From assembly GCA_944350425.1 (NCBI GenBank), contig CALVOX010000002.1:83649-147648 (forward strand): a DNA stretch of 64,000 nucleotides, read 5' to 3'. Within the stretch, counting starts at the first letter, position 1; each line of letters opens with the position of its first letter. Below the pieces are notes generated by a model that did no database searches, was not told the DNA's origin, and was given only the letters and a program-made list of their open reading frames with translations. The position numbers and the translations under genes are program-made. Positions 51,401 through 61,321 of the stretch are shown here, piece after piece. This DNA is from an uncultured Bacilli bacterium. Lineage in GTDB: Bacteria > Bacillota_I > Bacilli_A > RFN20 > CAG-826.

Positions 51401-52960
51401 CATTTCATCAGTAATATTTGTCTTTTCTTGAATTAACTTTGGAATTGACATTCCAGGATTAATCAACATATCAAAACGGTCAATTACCATTCCACCTTTA
51501 ACCTTAAAAGCGCCGATTTCCGTTAAACGGTCAAACTCGATAGATAAACCTGTTGTTTCACAGTCTACTACTACATAAGTAGCATCTTTTAATTCTCTAT
51601 TGCAAGGATTTAAAGCAGCACATAAATAATCTTCAATTAAATATAATTCTGAACCATAAAGCATCTTAATCTTATATTTTTTTGCTGCTTGTTGAGCTTC
51701 TGGGAACGATTGAACTACTCCATGGTCGGTAACTGCGATTGCTTTCATACCCATATGAGAAGCTAATTCGCAATAAGAATCCATTGAGGCAATTGAATCC
51801 ATTTCTGAGAATTTTGTATGAAGATGGAGTTCGACTCTTTTTTCCTCTTCTTCATCATCTCTTAAAGCATCTTTTGGCAAAATTTCATAACTATGAACAA
51901 TAATATTAGGATCATTTGGGTTAAATTTAGCATTAACTTTCCCGTTAATTTTTATATTAATTCCATCAACAATTACATTAATATCTTCATCTTCGCTTTT
52001 TGGATAATAATTACAATAAATAGCTCCATTTTCTTGGAACACGCCGAAACGAAGATAGGTTCTTCCCCTTACTTCTTTCTCTTCTCTTTCAAAAACTTTA
52101 CCAGTGAAAGTCACTGCATCGGAATTAGCATCTATTTGCGAAATTAGAGTATCTTTATAATTAGATGTTTTTTTATATAAACCATCATAATATTTTTTTC
52201 TTTCTACACCTTCTTTATATTCTTTCTCTTCTTTTTGAATCTTTTGTTCAGCTTGTTTTACTACTTCTTTAAACTTTTCTTTTTCAGCTTCTAGAAGAGA
52301 TTTTTTTGGACTCTCTTTTGTTGCTTCTACTATAGGCGTAACCGGAGCATCAGCAAAAACATCTTCAACTTCTTGTTTTAGATTTTTAAAAGAATCAATA
52401 TCTTTAGAACATTCTGCTGCTTTAATCTTATCTTCTTTGTTTTGAGTAATTTCTTGTACTTCAATAAGCTTTGATTCTTGATACCTTGAAGTAATTTCTT
52501 CATCATCTAGTTCCTCGCTATAAGATGTTTCAAGACTTTTGTTTAGACACACGAATTTAAAATATTTAAGTAAGTCATCTTTAATGGAATTAAACAAATC
52601 TAAATCTTCTTTTGATTTAAAAGTAAGTTCAATCTTACCATTAACTACGATTTTATAATCTAAAGTATCAAATAAAGTATTGTAGATAAAATCATCGATA
52701 AAAGATTTTATCGATGATAAATCATATTTCTTCTTATAAGTAAAATTAAATTCATAATCGTAAGTTGTAATATAACTTAAATGATCTAAAAAGTCACAAA
52801 GAAGCTTATATGTAAAAGGTGTATCTTTGATAACTGAATATAGATATAAAGGTTTAGTAATATGATAAGGAGATTTAGAAATGCAAATAAAATCCATATC
52901 GTAAATCGATGTATTTACGATATTAATGCTATTTAAAAATCTAACCATCTTATCCTTCAT
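48440..52960 (-). CDS. polC: DNA polymerase III PolC
   Basis: RVELHLHT PHP domain, DCETTG exonuclease, GSRGSVGSS, CPKC/CPEC, KVPDIDLNF, KYLFPKGHA. Confidence 0.97.
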   Translation of the reverse strand: MKDKMVRFLNSINIVNTSIYDMDFICISKSPYHITKPLYLYSVIKDTPFTYKLLCDFLDHLSYITTYDYEFNFTYKKKYDLSSIKSFIDDFIYNTLFDTLDYKIVVNGKIELTFKSKEDLDLFNSIKDDLLKYFKFVCLNKSLETSYSEELDDEEITSRYQESKLIEVQEITQNKEDKIKAAECSKDIDSFKNLKQEVEDVFADAPVTPIVEATKESPKKSLLEAEKEKFKEVVKQAEQKIQKEEKEYKEGVERKKYYDGLYKKTSNYKDTLISQIDANSDAVTFTGKVFEREEKEVRGRTYLRFGVFQENGAIYCNYYPKSEDEDINVIVDGINIKINGKVNAKFNPNDPNIIVHSYEILPKDALRDDEEEEKRVELHLHTKFSEMDSIASMDSYCELASHMGMKAIAVTDHGVVQSFPEAQQAAKKYKIKMLYGSELYLIEDYLCAALNPCNRELKDATYVVVDCETTGLSIEFDRLTEIGAFKVKGGMVIDRFDMLINPGMSIPKLIQEKTNITDEMVKDCPKIEEVLPEFLKFVGDSILVTHNGEFDYSMINEAYKRIHGEDIILPVIDTLAISRYIYPDKRKHSLGALCSRLDVDYDKDSAHRADYDASVLASCWNILKGYLEEKKEHLLHSDLVHLPYEKEALKSMHGYHTCVICKDRAALKNLYKIISVSHCEYVGTVPLVPRSLLNQYRDSFFIGSACFNGEVFYNCVFRNSKKLTESISYYDYIEIQPLENYMFLVNDRQIPDVETLKKYLRLIINEAKRQNKMICATGDCHYVNKEQKIYRDILINNQAVGGGLHPLFRRNGAQAPDQHFLSTREMLEAFDWYEDKEEVRKWVIYNTNYIADQCSEIIPIDDKLYTPEIDNCEQMLTDMCYEKAHREYGDKLPSLIEDRLKRELDGIINHGYSVTYYIAHELVRLTNEAGYIVGSRGSVGSSFAAYCAGITEVNPLPPHYRCPKCKHVEFHDMSDGCTSGYDLPLKKCPECGEIMIQDGQNIPFETFLGFKAEKVPDIDLNFPADFQSKAHLFTKTLLGEDNVFRAGTISTAKLKTAIGYVREYFKNQGIDPNTIKRPLINAMAFGCTSVKRTTGQHPGGIVVVPRKYEIYDFTPVQYPANDTTAKWKTTHFDFHAIHDTILKLDMLGHVDPQALKMMCDLEGVDIHSIPMNDRKILSLFVANDALNMKHKYIKADVGTTGIPEFGTNFVKQLIREAKPKSFRDLLIISGLSHGTNVWTNNAQDLIKSGVTDLNGVIGCRDDIMSFLISKGLDNSKAFTIMETVRKGKKLSDEQIHDMESHNVPNYYIESCKKIKYLFPKGHACAYVMMAIRVGYFKVYFPLAFYATFFTLRCDQYDISTMIKGIDAVHDKIEELENRNASNDPLKKLSDKEVAILDTLTVVLEFYERGFKFETIDINKSDASNFIIDKENNALIPPFKVLDGFGENGGEQIKAAREERPFDSITDFSKRGKVPEKVVNQLRELGSFKGYNETDELSLFDDFNLFG

Positions 52961-52969
52961 ATCAACCCT

Positions 52970-54595
52970 CTAAAAGTATGTAAAAATATCTTTAAAGATA
53001 ATAGCAAACATAAAGATAAAAAGTAAGGCTAATCCAATATAAGAAACAACATTTTTAATCTTAGAAGGAATATGCCATTCATCATCATAAGGTAGATGTT
53101 CTTTTTGACTAGAAGAATCATTTTCTCCGACAACTAAATTTGTGTCTTTATTAACGCTAGCTTTATCGTCAATAATAGTTGTTTGAATTGGTTGATTTTC
53201 CTCTAATTCTTTACTATCTTTATTCTTTTTATCATTTTTGATTTTATTTTTAGCCTTATATACAAGATTAACTCCACCTTCGATTAGCTCAACTAAAATT
53301 TGCCATCCATCAAGTCCTGGGAAAGGCAAAAGGTTAAATAAAGCAAGGTTTACCGATAAAATTCCCCATGAATTTAAATAATAATAGAAAGGATATGTAT
53401 TTAAAATTTGAGTAGATTGAGCGAAAATAGCAACTGGCCCGCCAACATTATTCCATGCTTCACCAGAATAGAATAATTGTCCTAAAGCTTTAGCGATGGC
53501 TGTTGTTGAATCAACCCATTGCTCACCAGCGATTTGGAAAGCTTTTAAACCAACATATTCAAATTTAGCATACATTCCTAAACCGATTTCACTTAAACTA
53601 TTTTCTTCATTTGTCTTAAAAGTAAAACTTGTTGAAACAAAATCTTCTTTATTTTGATCAAAGAAATCTAAATTACCACTTAAATAATCTCCGCTTTCTA
53701 ATGTAATAGTTTTTAAAGAACCATCACTTCCTACTAAAGGTAAATTAATTTCGATGTTTTCTTGAATAGGTGTAAAGTTACCAGCATTATCTCTAATTGT
53801 AAAATTTGAATATCCTTTTGGTAAAGGATTCGAAGTATTAATTCTTTGAACTTCAAAGATTGAGCTTATGAAATTAGAGTAATCGGGATTTTTTAAATTC
53901 ATTGAGCCTATAATAAATCCATAATTTGTTTCCTCATCATTAACTGTCATATTATAAGTATCGACAATATAAGGAATATCTATACTGATTGTAGTTTCTC
54001 TATTACTTAAATCAATATAAGTATAATCAAATCTTAAATAATAAACATTGAAAACAGATTGATTAGAAATGAAAGAAAGTTCCTCGTCGCTTAACTCACT
54101 TCCAGCAGAATTTTTAAAGTTTTCTTTAAATGTTACTTCATTCGTAATTGTAGCTACATTAATATTTGGTGTTGATGTAAGCTGAGGGAAAGAAACTGCA
54201 GAAATAAAGAAAATTATATAAGCTAAGATGAAATTCATGATAATTCCAGCAGCAAAAATAATTAATCTTTTCCATCTAGAAACACCTTGAAGAGATCTTT
54301 TTCTTGAAATATTAAATGTTTCCTCGCTCTTATCTTTTTCTTTACTATCTTCTTGAGCATCTTCGCCATACATCGATACATATCCACCAAGAGGAATAAT
54401 TCCAATAGTAAATCTTGTTTCGCCTTTTTTTCTTTTAAATTTAGCAATTTTTGGGCCAAATCCAATTGAAAAAGTATCACAATAAACATTGCAGGATTTA
54501 GCAGCAACAAAGTGACCAAGCTCATGAATTGTAATTAAAACTCCAAGCGCTATAAAAAACAAAATAATCGACAAGATAGTCATTAAAATATCCAT
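52970..54595 (-). CDS. rseP: RIP metalloprotease RseP (M50)
   Basis: HELGH, FSIGFGP, PLGGYV, NLLPFPGLDG. The extracellular domain is non-canonical. Confidence 0.9.
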   Translation of the reverse strand: MDILMTILSIILFFIALGVLITIHELGHFVAAKSCNVYCDTFSIGFGPKIAKFKRKKGETRFTIGIIPLGGYVSMYGEDAQEDSKEKDKSEETFNISRKRSLQGVSRWKRLIIFAAGIIMNFILAYIIFFISAVSFPQLTSTPNINVATITNEVTFKENFKNSAGSELSDEELSFISNQSVFNVYYLRFDYTYIDLSNRETTISIDIPYIVDTYNMTVNDEETNYGFIIGSMNLKNPDYSNFISSIFEVQRINTSNPLPKGYSNFTIRDNAGNFTPIQENIEINLPLVGSDGSLKTITLESGDYLSGNLDFFDQNKEDFVSTSFTFKTNEENSLSEIGLGMYAKFEYVGLKAFQIAGEQWVDSTTAIAKALGQLFYSGEAWNNVGGPVAIFAQSTQILNTYPFYYYLNSWGILSVNLALFNLLPFPGLDGWQILVELIEGGVNLVYKAKNKIKNDKKNKDSKELEENQPIQTTIIDDKASVNKDTNLVVGENDSSSQKEHLPYDDEWHIPSKIKNVVSYIGLALLFIFMFAIIFKDIFTYF

Positions 54596-55770
54596 TAATT
54601 AAACTCCTTACGTAGAATAATTTCTTCTACTTTATCTCTAATTTGCTTATCTAAAACAAATAAATTTTCTTCATTTAATTCTAAATTTAATATATTAGAT
54701 AATTCATAAAAAGTTTTGTCTATAACCTTTTTAATATCTAAATAAGAGATTACGCCTTCTTTAAAATACTTATAGCAAATTTCATCAGCGTCATTCAATA
54801 TTAAACCAGAAAGGCCCTTATGTCCAATAACATAATAACCATAATCGATTAAAGGGAACTTTTCTTTATCAACTGGATAAAATTTATATTTATCAAAAGT
54901 ATTGATTTCTGTATCAGGGAATTCATGTTTTTCATCAAGTTTAAATAGGTTTAAAGCATCTTTAATTTGAATTCTCATATCTGGTTTCCCAACAGAAAGT
55001 TTATAAGTACCATCTTTTAAACAAATAAAAGAGTGAACATAAGAATTTCGATCAATCAAAACTCTAATTTTACTAGGATCGACACCAAAAATATAATATG
55101 CCTCTATTATTTCGAAAGCTTTATTCATTAATGTTGAAGAATCAATTGTAATTTTGCTCCCCATTGAGTATGTTGGATGTTTTAAGGCGTCCAAATAGGT
55201 AATACCTTTAAAATCTTCTTTTTTATAATTAAAAAATGGTCCCCCCGAACAAGTTAGACAAATATAATTTAAATCTTCTTTTTTTACATTATGTAAGCAC
55301 TTAGTTATAGCAGCATGTTCGCTATCAATTGGATAAATTAACTTCTTATCTCCAATTATTTTTTTAATATATTCTCCGCCTATAACTAAACTTTCTTTGT
55401 TAGCTAAAAGAAGTATTTTATTATTTTTAACAGTCCATAAAGATGGCATCAAACCACTAAAACCAACTAAAGCGTTTAATATAACATCAACGTCATCTTT
55501 AATTTCTTCAAGCATGTTTGAGATATTATTTTCGCCATGAAAGAAAATAATATTTTTATATTTTTCTTTCAAATACAAATAATGTTCTTCTTCTAAAATA
55601 AAAACATATTTTACATCAAAATAAGGTAAAATATGATTTTCTAAAAAAGAGACATTATGTCCAATTGAAACACCAACGAGGTTATATTTAGTTAAGAAAG
55701 AAGGCAAAATCTCAAGAGTTTGGTTTCCTATACTTCCGCTTGCACCAAGAATAAAAAGATTCTTTTTCAT
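54595..55770 (-). CDS. dxr: 1-deoxy-D-xylulose 5-phosphate reductoisomerase
   Basis: ILGASGSIG, LANKESLV, PIDSEH, SGGPF, MGSKITIDSSTLMNK. Start MKKNL. Confidence 0.93.
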   Translation of the reverse strand: MKKNLFILGASGSIGNQTLEILPSFLTKYNLVGVSIGHNVSFLENHILPYFDVKYVFILEEEHYLYLKEKYKNIIFFHGENNISNMLEEIKDDVDVILNALVGFSGLMPSLWTVKNNKILLLANKESLVIGGEYIKKIIGDKKLIYPIDSEHAAITKCLHNVKKEDLNYICLTCSGGPFFNYKKEDFKGITYLDALKHPTYSMGSKITIDSSTLMNKAFEIIEAYYIFGVDPSKIRVLIDRNSYVHSFICLKDGTYKLSVGKPDMRIQIKDALNLFKLDEKHEFPDTEINTFDKYKFYPVDKEKFPLIDYGYYVIGHKGLSGLILNDADEICYKYFKEGVISYLDIKKVIDKTFYELSNILNLELNEENLFVLDKQIRDKVEEIILRKEFN

Positions 55771-55780
55771 AAAGTTTATA

Positions 55781-56863
55781 TTAAATAAATTTAGTCCAAT
55801 CAAAACTCATTCCAAAAACAAGTAATCCAGTTACGATTGAACAAAAAATAATTGAATCAAAACGATCTAAAATTCCACCATGTGATTTGAGAATTGTTCC
55901 AAAATCTTTAATATTAAATTCTCTTTTAACCTTTGAGAAGAATAAATCTCCAAAAGTTCCAACAAATGGCAAAATAAGGAAAAGTATTAAAATATTCCAC
56001 CAATGTTCAATATCTAAAACGCCATCTAAAATTGGATAACCAAAATTAGCCATTAACATGGCAGCAACAAAAGGAATTAAAAAACCAAAGAAAATTCCAC
56101 CAACAAATCCTTCCCAAGTTTTTTTAGGCGAAATAGTTGGGCACATCTTATGTTTGCCGAATAATACTCCTACTAAATATGCAAAAACATCGGTTAAACA
56201 AGCTGATGCAAAGACGAAAAATAAAGGCATAGCCGATAATAAATATTTGTAAAGTAATGTTTGCTCTGCATCAGGATTTATATTAAATGGTAAATATCTT
56301 AAATAAAGCATATTTTGGATTCCTAAAGATACTAGAAATAACATTGTGATGAAATAAAAAGCATCTTTAAGCGAGAATTTTTTATCAAAAACAGCTTCAA
56401 TAAGGAAAAAACCTATACATATAACAAAACAACCAATATTAATATAAGGAGATTTAAAGGCTTTATTTAAATCAAAGATGAAATTTTGAATAGCCGGATC
56501 GGTCGTATATTGATAAATGCTTACGAACAAATCAATGAAGAAATTCAAAAAGATCAAAAGGAACATCATTAAATAAGAAAACAAATAAATGATTGACCTA
56601 TAAGGATGCTCAATTGATTGTGGAGCTTTTGCAATTTCGTGAGTAGTAATTAAGGATAATAATAAGGTGAGAGCAAACAAAAAATAATCACCTAATAAAA
56701 TACAAGGCAATATTAAAACTACAATACAAACTGCAATAATGATTCGAGAAACTAAATTGTTTTTAGTTTCTTTACTTAATTCATTAACTCGTAGTTCTCT
56801 TCTTAAATCTTGTTCAAGTTTTGAATGATTCTCTTCTTTAGACTCAACTTCTTTCTTATTCAT
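55781..56863 (-). CDS. cdsA: Phosphatidate cytidylyltransferase
   Basis: DVFAYLVG..FGKHK, ISPKKTWEG, GDLFFSKVKR, KDFG..HGGILDRFDS. Confidence 0.93.
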   Translation of the reverse strand: MNKKEVESKEENHSKLEQDLRRELRVNELSKETKNNLVSRIIIAVCIVVLILPCILLGDYFLFALTLLLSLITTHEIAKAPQSIEHPYRSIIYLFSYLMMFLLIFLNFFIDLFVSIYQYTTDPAIQNFIFDLNKAFKSPYINIGCFVICIGFFLIEAVFDKKFSLKDAFYFITMLFLVSLGIQNMLYLRYLPFNINPDAEQTLLYKYLLSAMPLFFVFASACLTDVFAYLVGVLFGKHKMCPTISPKKTWEGFVGGIFFGFLIPFVAAMLMANFGYPILDGVLDIEHWWNILILFLILPFVGTFGDLFFSKVKREFNIKDFGTILKSHGGILDRFDSIIFCSIVTGLLVFGMSFDWTKFI

Positions 56864-56865
56864 AA

Positions 56866-57411
56866 TTAAAGAGTCATGATTTCTTCAGTTTTTGTTTTTA
56901 AAGCAGCATCTACTTTTTTGCAATATTCATCAGTAACTTTTTGAATGTCTTCTTCAGCTTTTTTTGAAGTATCTTCTGTATATGAATCGTCTTTCTTTAT
57001 TTTATCGATAAAGTCTCTTCTAACGTTTCTTACAGCAACTTTTGCTTCTTCGCAATAAACTTTAGCTTTTTTAGTTAATTCTTTTCTTCTATCTTCAGTT
57101 AAAGCAGGCATATTTAATCTAATTTGTTTGCCATCAACAATTGGATTGATTCCAATATCAGAAGCATTAATTGCAGCAACAATTGATTTAATATCGCCTT
57201 GATCATAAGGGGTAATTAATAATTGTTTTGGTTCAGGAACCTTAATAGCAGCAATTTGAGAAACTGGTGTTGGTTCACCATAATAATCAACTTTTAAATT
57301 ATTTAATAAACTAGCATTTGCTCTACCAGTTCTTAAAGTATTTAAAGAATCGGTTAATGATGTGAGACATTTTTCCATTTTTTCTTTGCATTGATTTGTT
57401 AATTCAGACAT
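56866..57411 (-). CDS. frr: Ribosome recycling factor
   Basis: LRTGRAN, VDYYG, LTEDRRKEL, AVRNVRRD. Confidence 0.96.
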   Translation of the reverse strand: MSELTNQCKEKMEKCLTSLTDSLNTLRTGRANASLLNNLKVDYYGEPTPVSQIAAIKVPEPKQLLITPYDQGDIKSIVAAINASDIGINPIVDGKQIRLNMPALTEDRRKELTKKAKVYCEEAKVAVRNVRRDFIDKIKKDDSYTEDTSKKAEEDIQKVTDEYCKKVDAALKTKTEEIMTL

Positions 57412-57423
57412 AAAACTCTCCTT

Positions 57424-58155
57424 TTATTTTGAAATAATTGATCCAATAGAATCATCTCCATCGATAACTTTATAAAAATTATCGAAATTATCCATTGAGA
57501 AGACTCTAGTTACAATATTTTTATCTAATAATAACTCTGCAGCTTGCTTATCCATAACTTTTAAGTCAGAATCTAAGACTTCCTTATAAGTTAATTTATG
57601 AAGGAATTTAGCATCCGAACATTTATTAGGATCTTTATCATAAACTCCGTCAACACCGTTTTTTGCTGCTAGAATTAATTCTGCATCCATTTCTAAAGCT
57701 CTAGTTGAAGCTGCTGTATCAGTCGTATGTTTAACTTTACCTATACCACCAGCAAGTAAAACCACTTTCCCCTCTTCATAAGCTTTTTTTGCTTCGCTTA
57801 TGTTATATCCTTTTGCAACTTTTTCAATTGCTAGAGCGCTAAAAAGTTCGTTTGGAACATTGTTTTGTTTTAATAAATCGGCGATGCATTTACAGTTAAT
57901 AACTGTTCCAACCATTCCAAGATAATCACCATCTTCCTCTTTTAGACCAACTTCGCTAGCAATTCTTCCTCTAAAAATATTTCCAGCTCCAACAATAACT
58001 CCAACCTTAATTCCGTTAGCATTAAGTGTTTTTAATAAAGTAACTATATTATCGAGCTTATCTTTAGAAAAAATAAGATGAGAGGTATTATCAAGCAAGG
58101 CTTCACCAGATAATTTAATAATAACTCTTGTATATTTTTTATTTAATTCAGTCAT
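57424..58155 (-). CDS. pyrH: Uridylate kinase
   Basis: KLSGEAL, GAGNIFRG, TTDT, VDGVYDKDP, LKVMD. Start likely MTELN at 58155. Confidence 0.93.
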   Translation of the reverse strand: MTELNKKYTRVIIKLSGEALLDNTSHLIFSKDKLDNIVTLLKTLNANGIKVGVIVGAGNIFRGRIASEVGLKEEDGDYLGMVGTVINCKCIADLLKQNNVPNELFSALAIEKVAKGYNISEAKKAYEEGKVVLLAGGIGKVKHTTDTAASTRALEMDAELILAAKNGVDGVYDKDPNKCSDAKFLHKLTYKEVLDSDLKVMDKQAAELLLDKNIVTRVFSMDNFDNFYKVIDGDDSIGSIISK

Positions 58156-58202
58156 GCGTTTATTATAGCAAAATCTTGTAATTTTAGTATCATTAATTTT
58201 GC

Positions 58203-58235
58203 AAAAAGAAGGTCTCAATTAGAGAACCTTCTTTT
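58203..58235 (-). terminator. Terminator after tsf
   Basis: AAAAGAAGGT...ACCTTCTTTT hairpin. Confidence 0.7.
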
Positions 58236-58254
58236 ATAGTAGAAATTTTAATAA

Positions 58255-59130
58255 TTATTTTCCGGAAGCTTGGGCCATAACTTCTTCTGCAAAGTTATCA
58301 ACTCTTTTTTCTAAGCCTTCTCCGACTTGGTATCTGATAAAAGCAACAACTTCGTTATCGTTTTCTTTTAATAATTGGCCGACAGTTTTTGTGTTATCAA
58401 TTAAATATTCTTGATCAACTAAAGTAATTTCAGCAAATACTTTATGAACTTTACCTTCGATAATTTTTTCTAAAGCTTGAGCTGGTTTGTTCTTTAATTT
58501 TTCATCGTTTTTAACTGCTTCAGCTTGAATTTCTTTTTCTTTAGCTAAAGCTTCTGGTTCGATTTCAGCTTCTGTGATATATTTTGGTGAATTTGCAGCG
58601 ATATGAACAGCAATGTTGAAAGCTAATTCAGGATTATCTTTCTTTAAGATAACTACTGTAGTAATTTTTCCGCCCATATGAACATATGAACCCATACATT
58701 CACCATCTTTTGCTTCGATTGTTGTAAATCTTCTTAATGATAATTTTTCGCCAAGTTTTAAACCTGCATCAGTAAATAAATTTTCTGTAAGTTCTTTTGC
58801 TTCTTCAAGAGTTGTGCAACCTTTTTCTAAAAGAATTGAATCAACATTTTGAACTAATTCTTTGAAAGCATCTGAATGTGCAACGAAGTCTGTTTCACAG
58901 TTAACTTCACTGATTAATGCTTTATGGCATTTTTCACAAACTTTAATTGAAGTTAAGCCTTCAGCTGCAATTCTATCAGCTTTTTTAGCTTGTTTTGCAA
59001 TACCTTTTTCTCTTAACCAGTCGCAAGCTTTATCGACATCATCACCACATGCTTCTAAAGCATTTTTGCAATCCATCATACCTGCACCAGTTCTTTCTCT
59101 AAGAGCTTTAATTGCTGCAATATTTGCCAT
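58255..59130 (-). CDS. tsf: Elongation factor Ts
   Basis: LRERTGAGMMDCKNAL, EVNCETDFVA. Confidence 0.97.
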   Translation of the reverse strand: MANIAAIKALRERTGAGMMDCKNALEACGDDVDKACDWLREKGIAKQAKKADRIAAEGLTSIKVCEKCHKALISEVNCETDFVAHSDAFKELVQNVDSILLEKGCTTLEEAKELTENLFTDAGLKLGEKLSLRRFTTIEAKDGECMGSYVHMGGKITTVVILKKDNPELAFNIAVHIAANSPKYITEAEIEPEALAKEKEIQAEAVKNDEKLKNKPAQALEKIIEGKVHKVFAEITLVDQEYLIDNTKTVGQLLKENDNEVVAFIRYQVGEGLEKRVDNFAEEVMAQASGK

Positions 59131-59146
59131 TTAAATAAATCTCCTT

Positions 59147-60202
59147 TTATTTAGTTTCAGCATTTGCAGTTGTAACTGCTTCAGCTGGTTTGTTTTCTTC
59201 TTTATTTTCAACTTTTTGTTGTTTGTTTTGGAATCTTTGAGCGAATCTTGCTTTTTCTCTTTCTGCTCTTTCTCTTTGAAGTTCTTTTCTAGCGGCAAGT
59301 CTTAAAGCATTTTCTCTATCTGCTTGTCTTAACGCATCTTTCATAGTTGCATCTTCGCCATCTTCTTTAGTATAAGCAACTTCTGGTAAACCACCTTTTG
59401 CTTCAACGATAGCATCAGCAAGAACAGAGATTAATAATTTAACGCTCTTTTGTAAATCATCATTACCTGGAATAACATAATCAATACCATCTGGATCACA
59501 ATTTGTATCACAAATTGCAAATGTAGGAATATGTAATCTCATTGCTTCTTTAATAGCAATTCTTTCTTCCATTGGGTCAACGATAACAATAGCATTTGGA
59601 ACTTTTCTCATTTCTTTAATGCCTTCTAAGTTTTTAGAAAGTTTTTCTTTCTCTTTTCTTAAAATAGCAACTTCTTTCTTAGGTAAATTTTCCCAAACAC
59701 CATCTGCTTCTTGTTGTTCTAATTCTTTAAGTTTTTTAATTCTTAATTGAATTGTTTTGAAGTTAGTTAATGTACCACCTAACCATCTATTTGTAATGTA
59801 GAAGCTACCACTTCTTTCTGCTTCTTCTTTGATTAAATCTTTAGCAATTTGTTTTGTTCCAACAAGTAAAACTTTTCCACCTTCGCTAACGATTTCTTTT
59901 AATTTAGCATATGCATTAACAACAGCTTCTTTAGTTTTTGCTAAATCAATTAAATAAATACCATTTCTTGCGCAGAAGATATATTTTTTCATTTTTGGAT
60001 TCCATCTTTTTGTTTGATGGCCATAATGAACACCTGCTTCGATTAAATTTTTAATAGTGATAATTGGAGCATTAGGATCGAAAACAGCTTTTTCCATTTC
60101 AGCATTATCTGCCAAAGCTTCTTCTTCCTTTGCTTCTTCAACTACACTTTCTTCTACAGCTTTTGCTGCTTCTTCTAAACTTACACTCTTTTCTTCAGAC
60201 AT
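59147..60202 (-). CDS. rpsB: 30S ribosomal protein S2 with N- and C-terminal extensions
   Basis: [37 protein letters not shown]. Confidence 0.97.
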   Translation of the reverse strand: MSEEKSVSLEEAAKAVEESVVEEAKEEEALADNAEMEKAVFDPNAPIITIKNLIEAGVHYGHQTKRWNPKMKKYIFCARNGIYLIDLAKTKEAVVNAYAKLKEIVSEGGKVLLVGTKQIAKDLIKEEAERSGSFYITNRWLGGTLTNFKTIQLRIKKLKELEQQEADGVWENLPKKEVAILRKEKEKLSKNLEGIKEMRKVPNAIVIVDPMEERIAIKEAMRLHIPTFAICDTNCDPDGIDYVIPGNDDLQKSVKLLISVLADAIVEAKGGLPEVAYTKEDGEDATMKDALRQADRENALRLAARKELQRERAEREKARFAQRFQNKQQKVENKEENKPAEAVTTANAETK

Positions 60203-60219
60203 TTTCGTCCCTCCTATTT

Positions 60220-60296
60220 GTTAAGCCTCCACTACTTCGAACATTAACCCTATAAAATAAATTTATAGACTAGGCGAATGAATTCATAGTGTGTGT
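60220..60296 (-). ncRNA. rpsB (S2) autoregulatory leader, t44-like
   Basis: ACACACUA...UAGUGGAGGCUUAAC boundary motifs typical of rpsB leaders, enclosing an internal hairpin (CUAUAAA..UUUAUAG). Confidence 0.65.
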
Positions 60297-60385
60297 AAAA
60301 ATTAATGCTTTTAAACAAAGCCTTAATATTATACAGAAAACGAACTATAAAGTGCAAGGAAAAATGCGAGTAATTTCGATAGTTT

Positions 60386-61321
60386 TCACTTCTTTGATCC
60401 TTTAGGAAAAAAAGCATTATATTCTTCTTGAATCTTTTTCTTAGAAACGTGAGCATAGATAGAAGTTGTTTCAATTGATTCATGACCCATAAGTTCTTGA
60501 ATCATCCTTAAATCAGCCCCTTTGTTATATAATTGAGTTGCAAACGTATGCCTTAAAACATGAGGGTGAAGATTAAAGCCAAGGTTAAGTCCTGTTTTTT
60601 TAATAATTTCACTCATAATGTATTCTAAACCCCTAGAAGTTAACTTTCCTCCTTTTGAATTAATAAAGAAATATTGTTGCTCCCTTGGATTAATTTCGTT
60701 TTTAGTTAAAATTTCTTTTCTTAGATTTTTTGCATAGTCAATCATTGCTTTTCTTGCTTCATCAGAAAAAGGAACTAGTCTTTCTTTTTTGCCTTTACCA
60801 AAAACTCTCATAAATCTGCCGCTAAAATCAATATTTGAGATTGTTAGGTTAACAACTTCAGAACATCTAAGTCCACTTGAATACATAAGCTCTAAAAGCG
60901 CTTGATCTCTTGAAGCTAAATAATCATCTCTTTTAGAATTTTCTAAAAGTAATTTCTTTATTTGAGATTCATATAAAACTTCAGGAAGTTTATTATGTTT
61001 TTTCGGAGTAACTATTAATAAAAAAGGGTTAGTATTTACCATTTTTTGTTCATATAAGAAAGTATAATATTTTTTTAAAGCCGAAACCCTTCTTCTAATA
61101 GACCTTGGTGATTCATTTTTGCCTCTATAAGTTCTGCTTTTTAGCCTACTGGCCATAAATTTACGAACATCTTCTCTTGTTATATTTCTAAAATCGATAT
61201 TATTTTTAAGCAAAAAAGACTCAAATAAGGATATATCTTGAGAATAGGACTTAATTGTATTTTCACTATAATTCAAATTATTCTTTAAATAATCGAGAAA
61301 TAATAATTGTTCATTAGTCAT
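60386..61321 (-). CDS. xerC: Tyrosine recombinase XerC/CodV
   Basis: RD..LELMYSSGLRCSE, GKGKKER, HPHVLRHTFAT, MGHESIETTSIY. In the topA-trmFO-xerC context. Confidence 0.88.
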   Translation of the reverse strand: MTNEQLLFLDYLKNNLNYSENTIKSYSQDISLFESFLLKNNIDFRNITREDVRKFMASRLKSRTYRGKNESPRSIRRRVSALKKYYTFLYEQKMVNTNPFLLIVTPKKHNKLPEVLYESQIKKLLLENSKRDDYLASRDQALLELMYSSGLRCSEVVNLTISNIDFSGRFMRVFGKGKKERLVPFSDEARKAMIDYAKNLRKEILTKNEINPREQQYFFINSKGGKLTSRGLEYIMSEIIKKTGLNLGFNLHPHVLRHTFATQLYNKGADLRMIQELMGHESIETTSIYAHVSKKKIQEEYNAFFPKGSKK

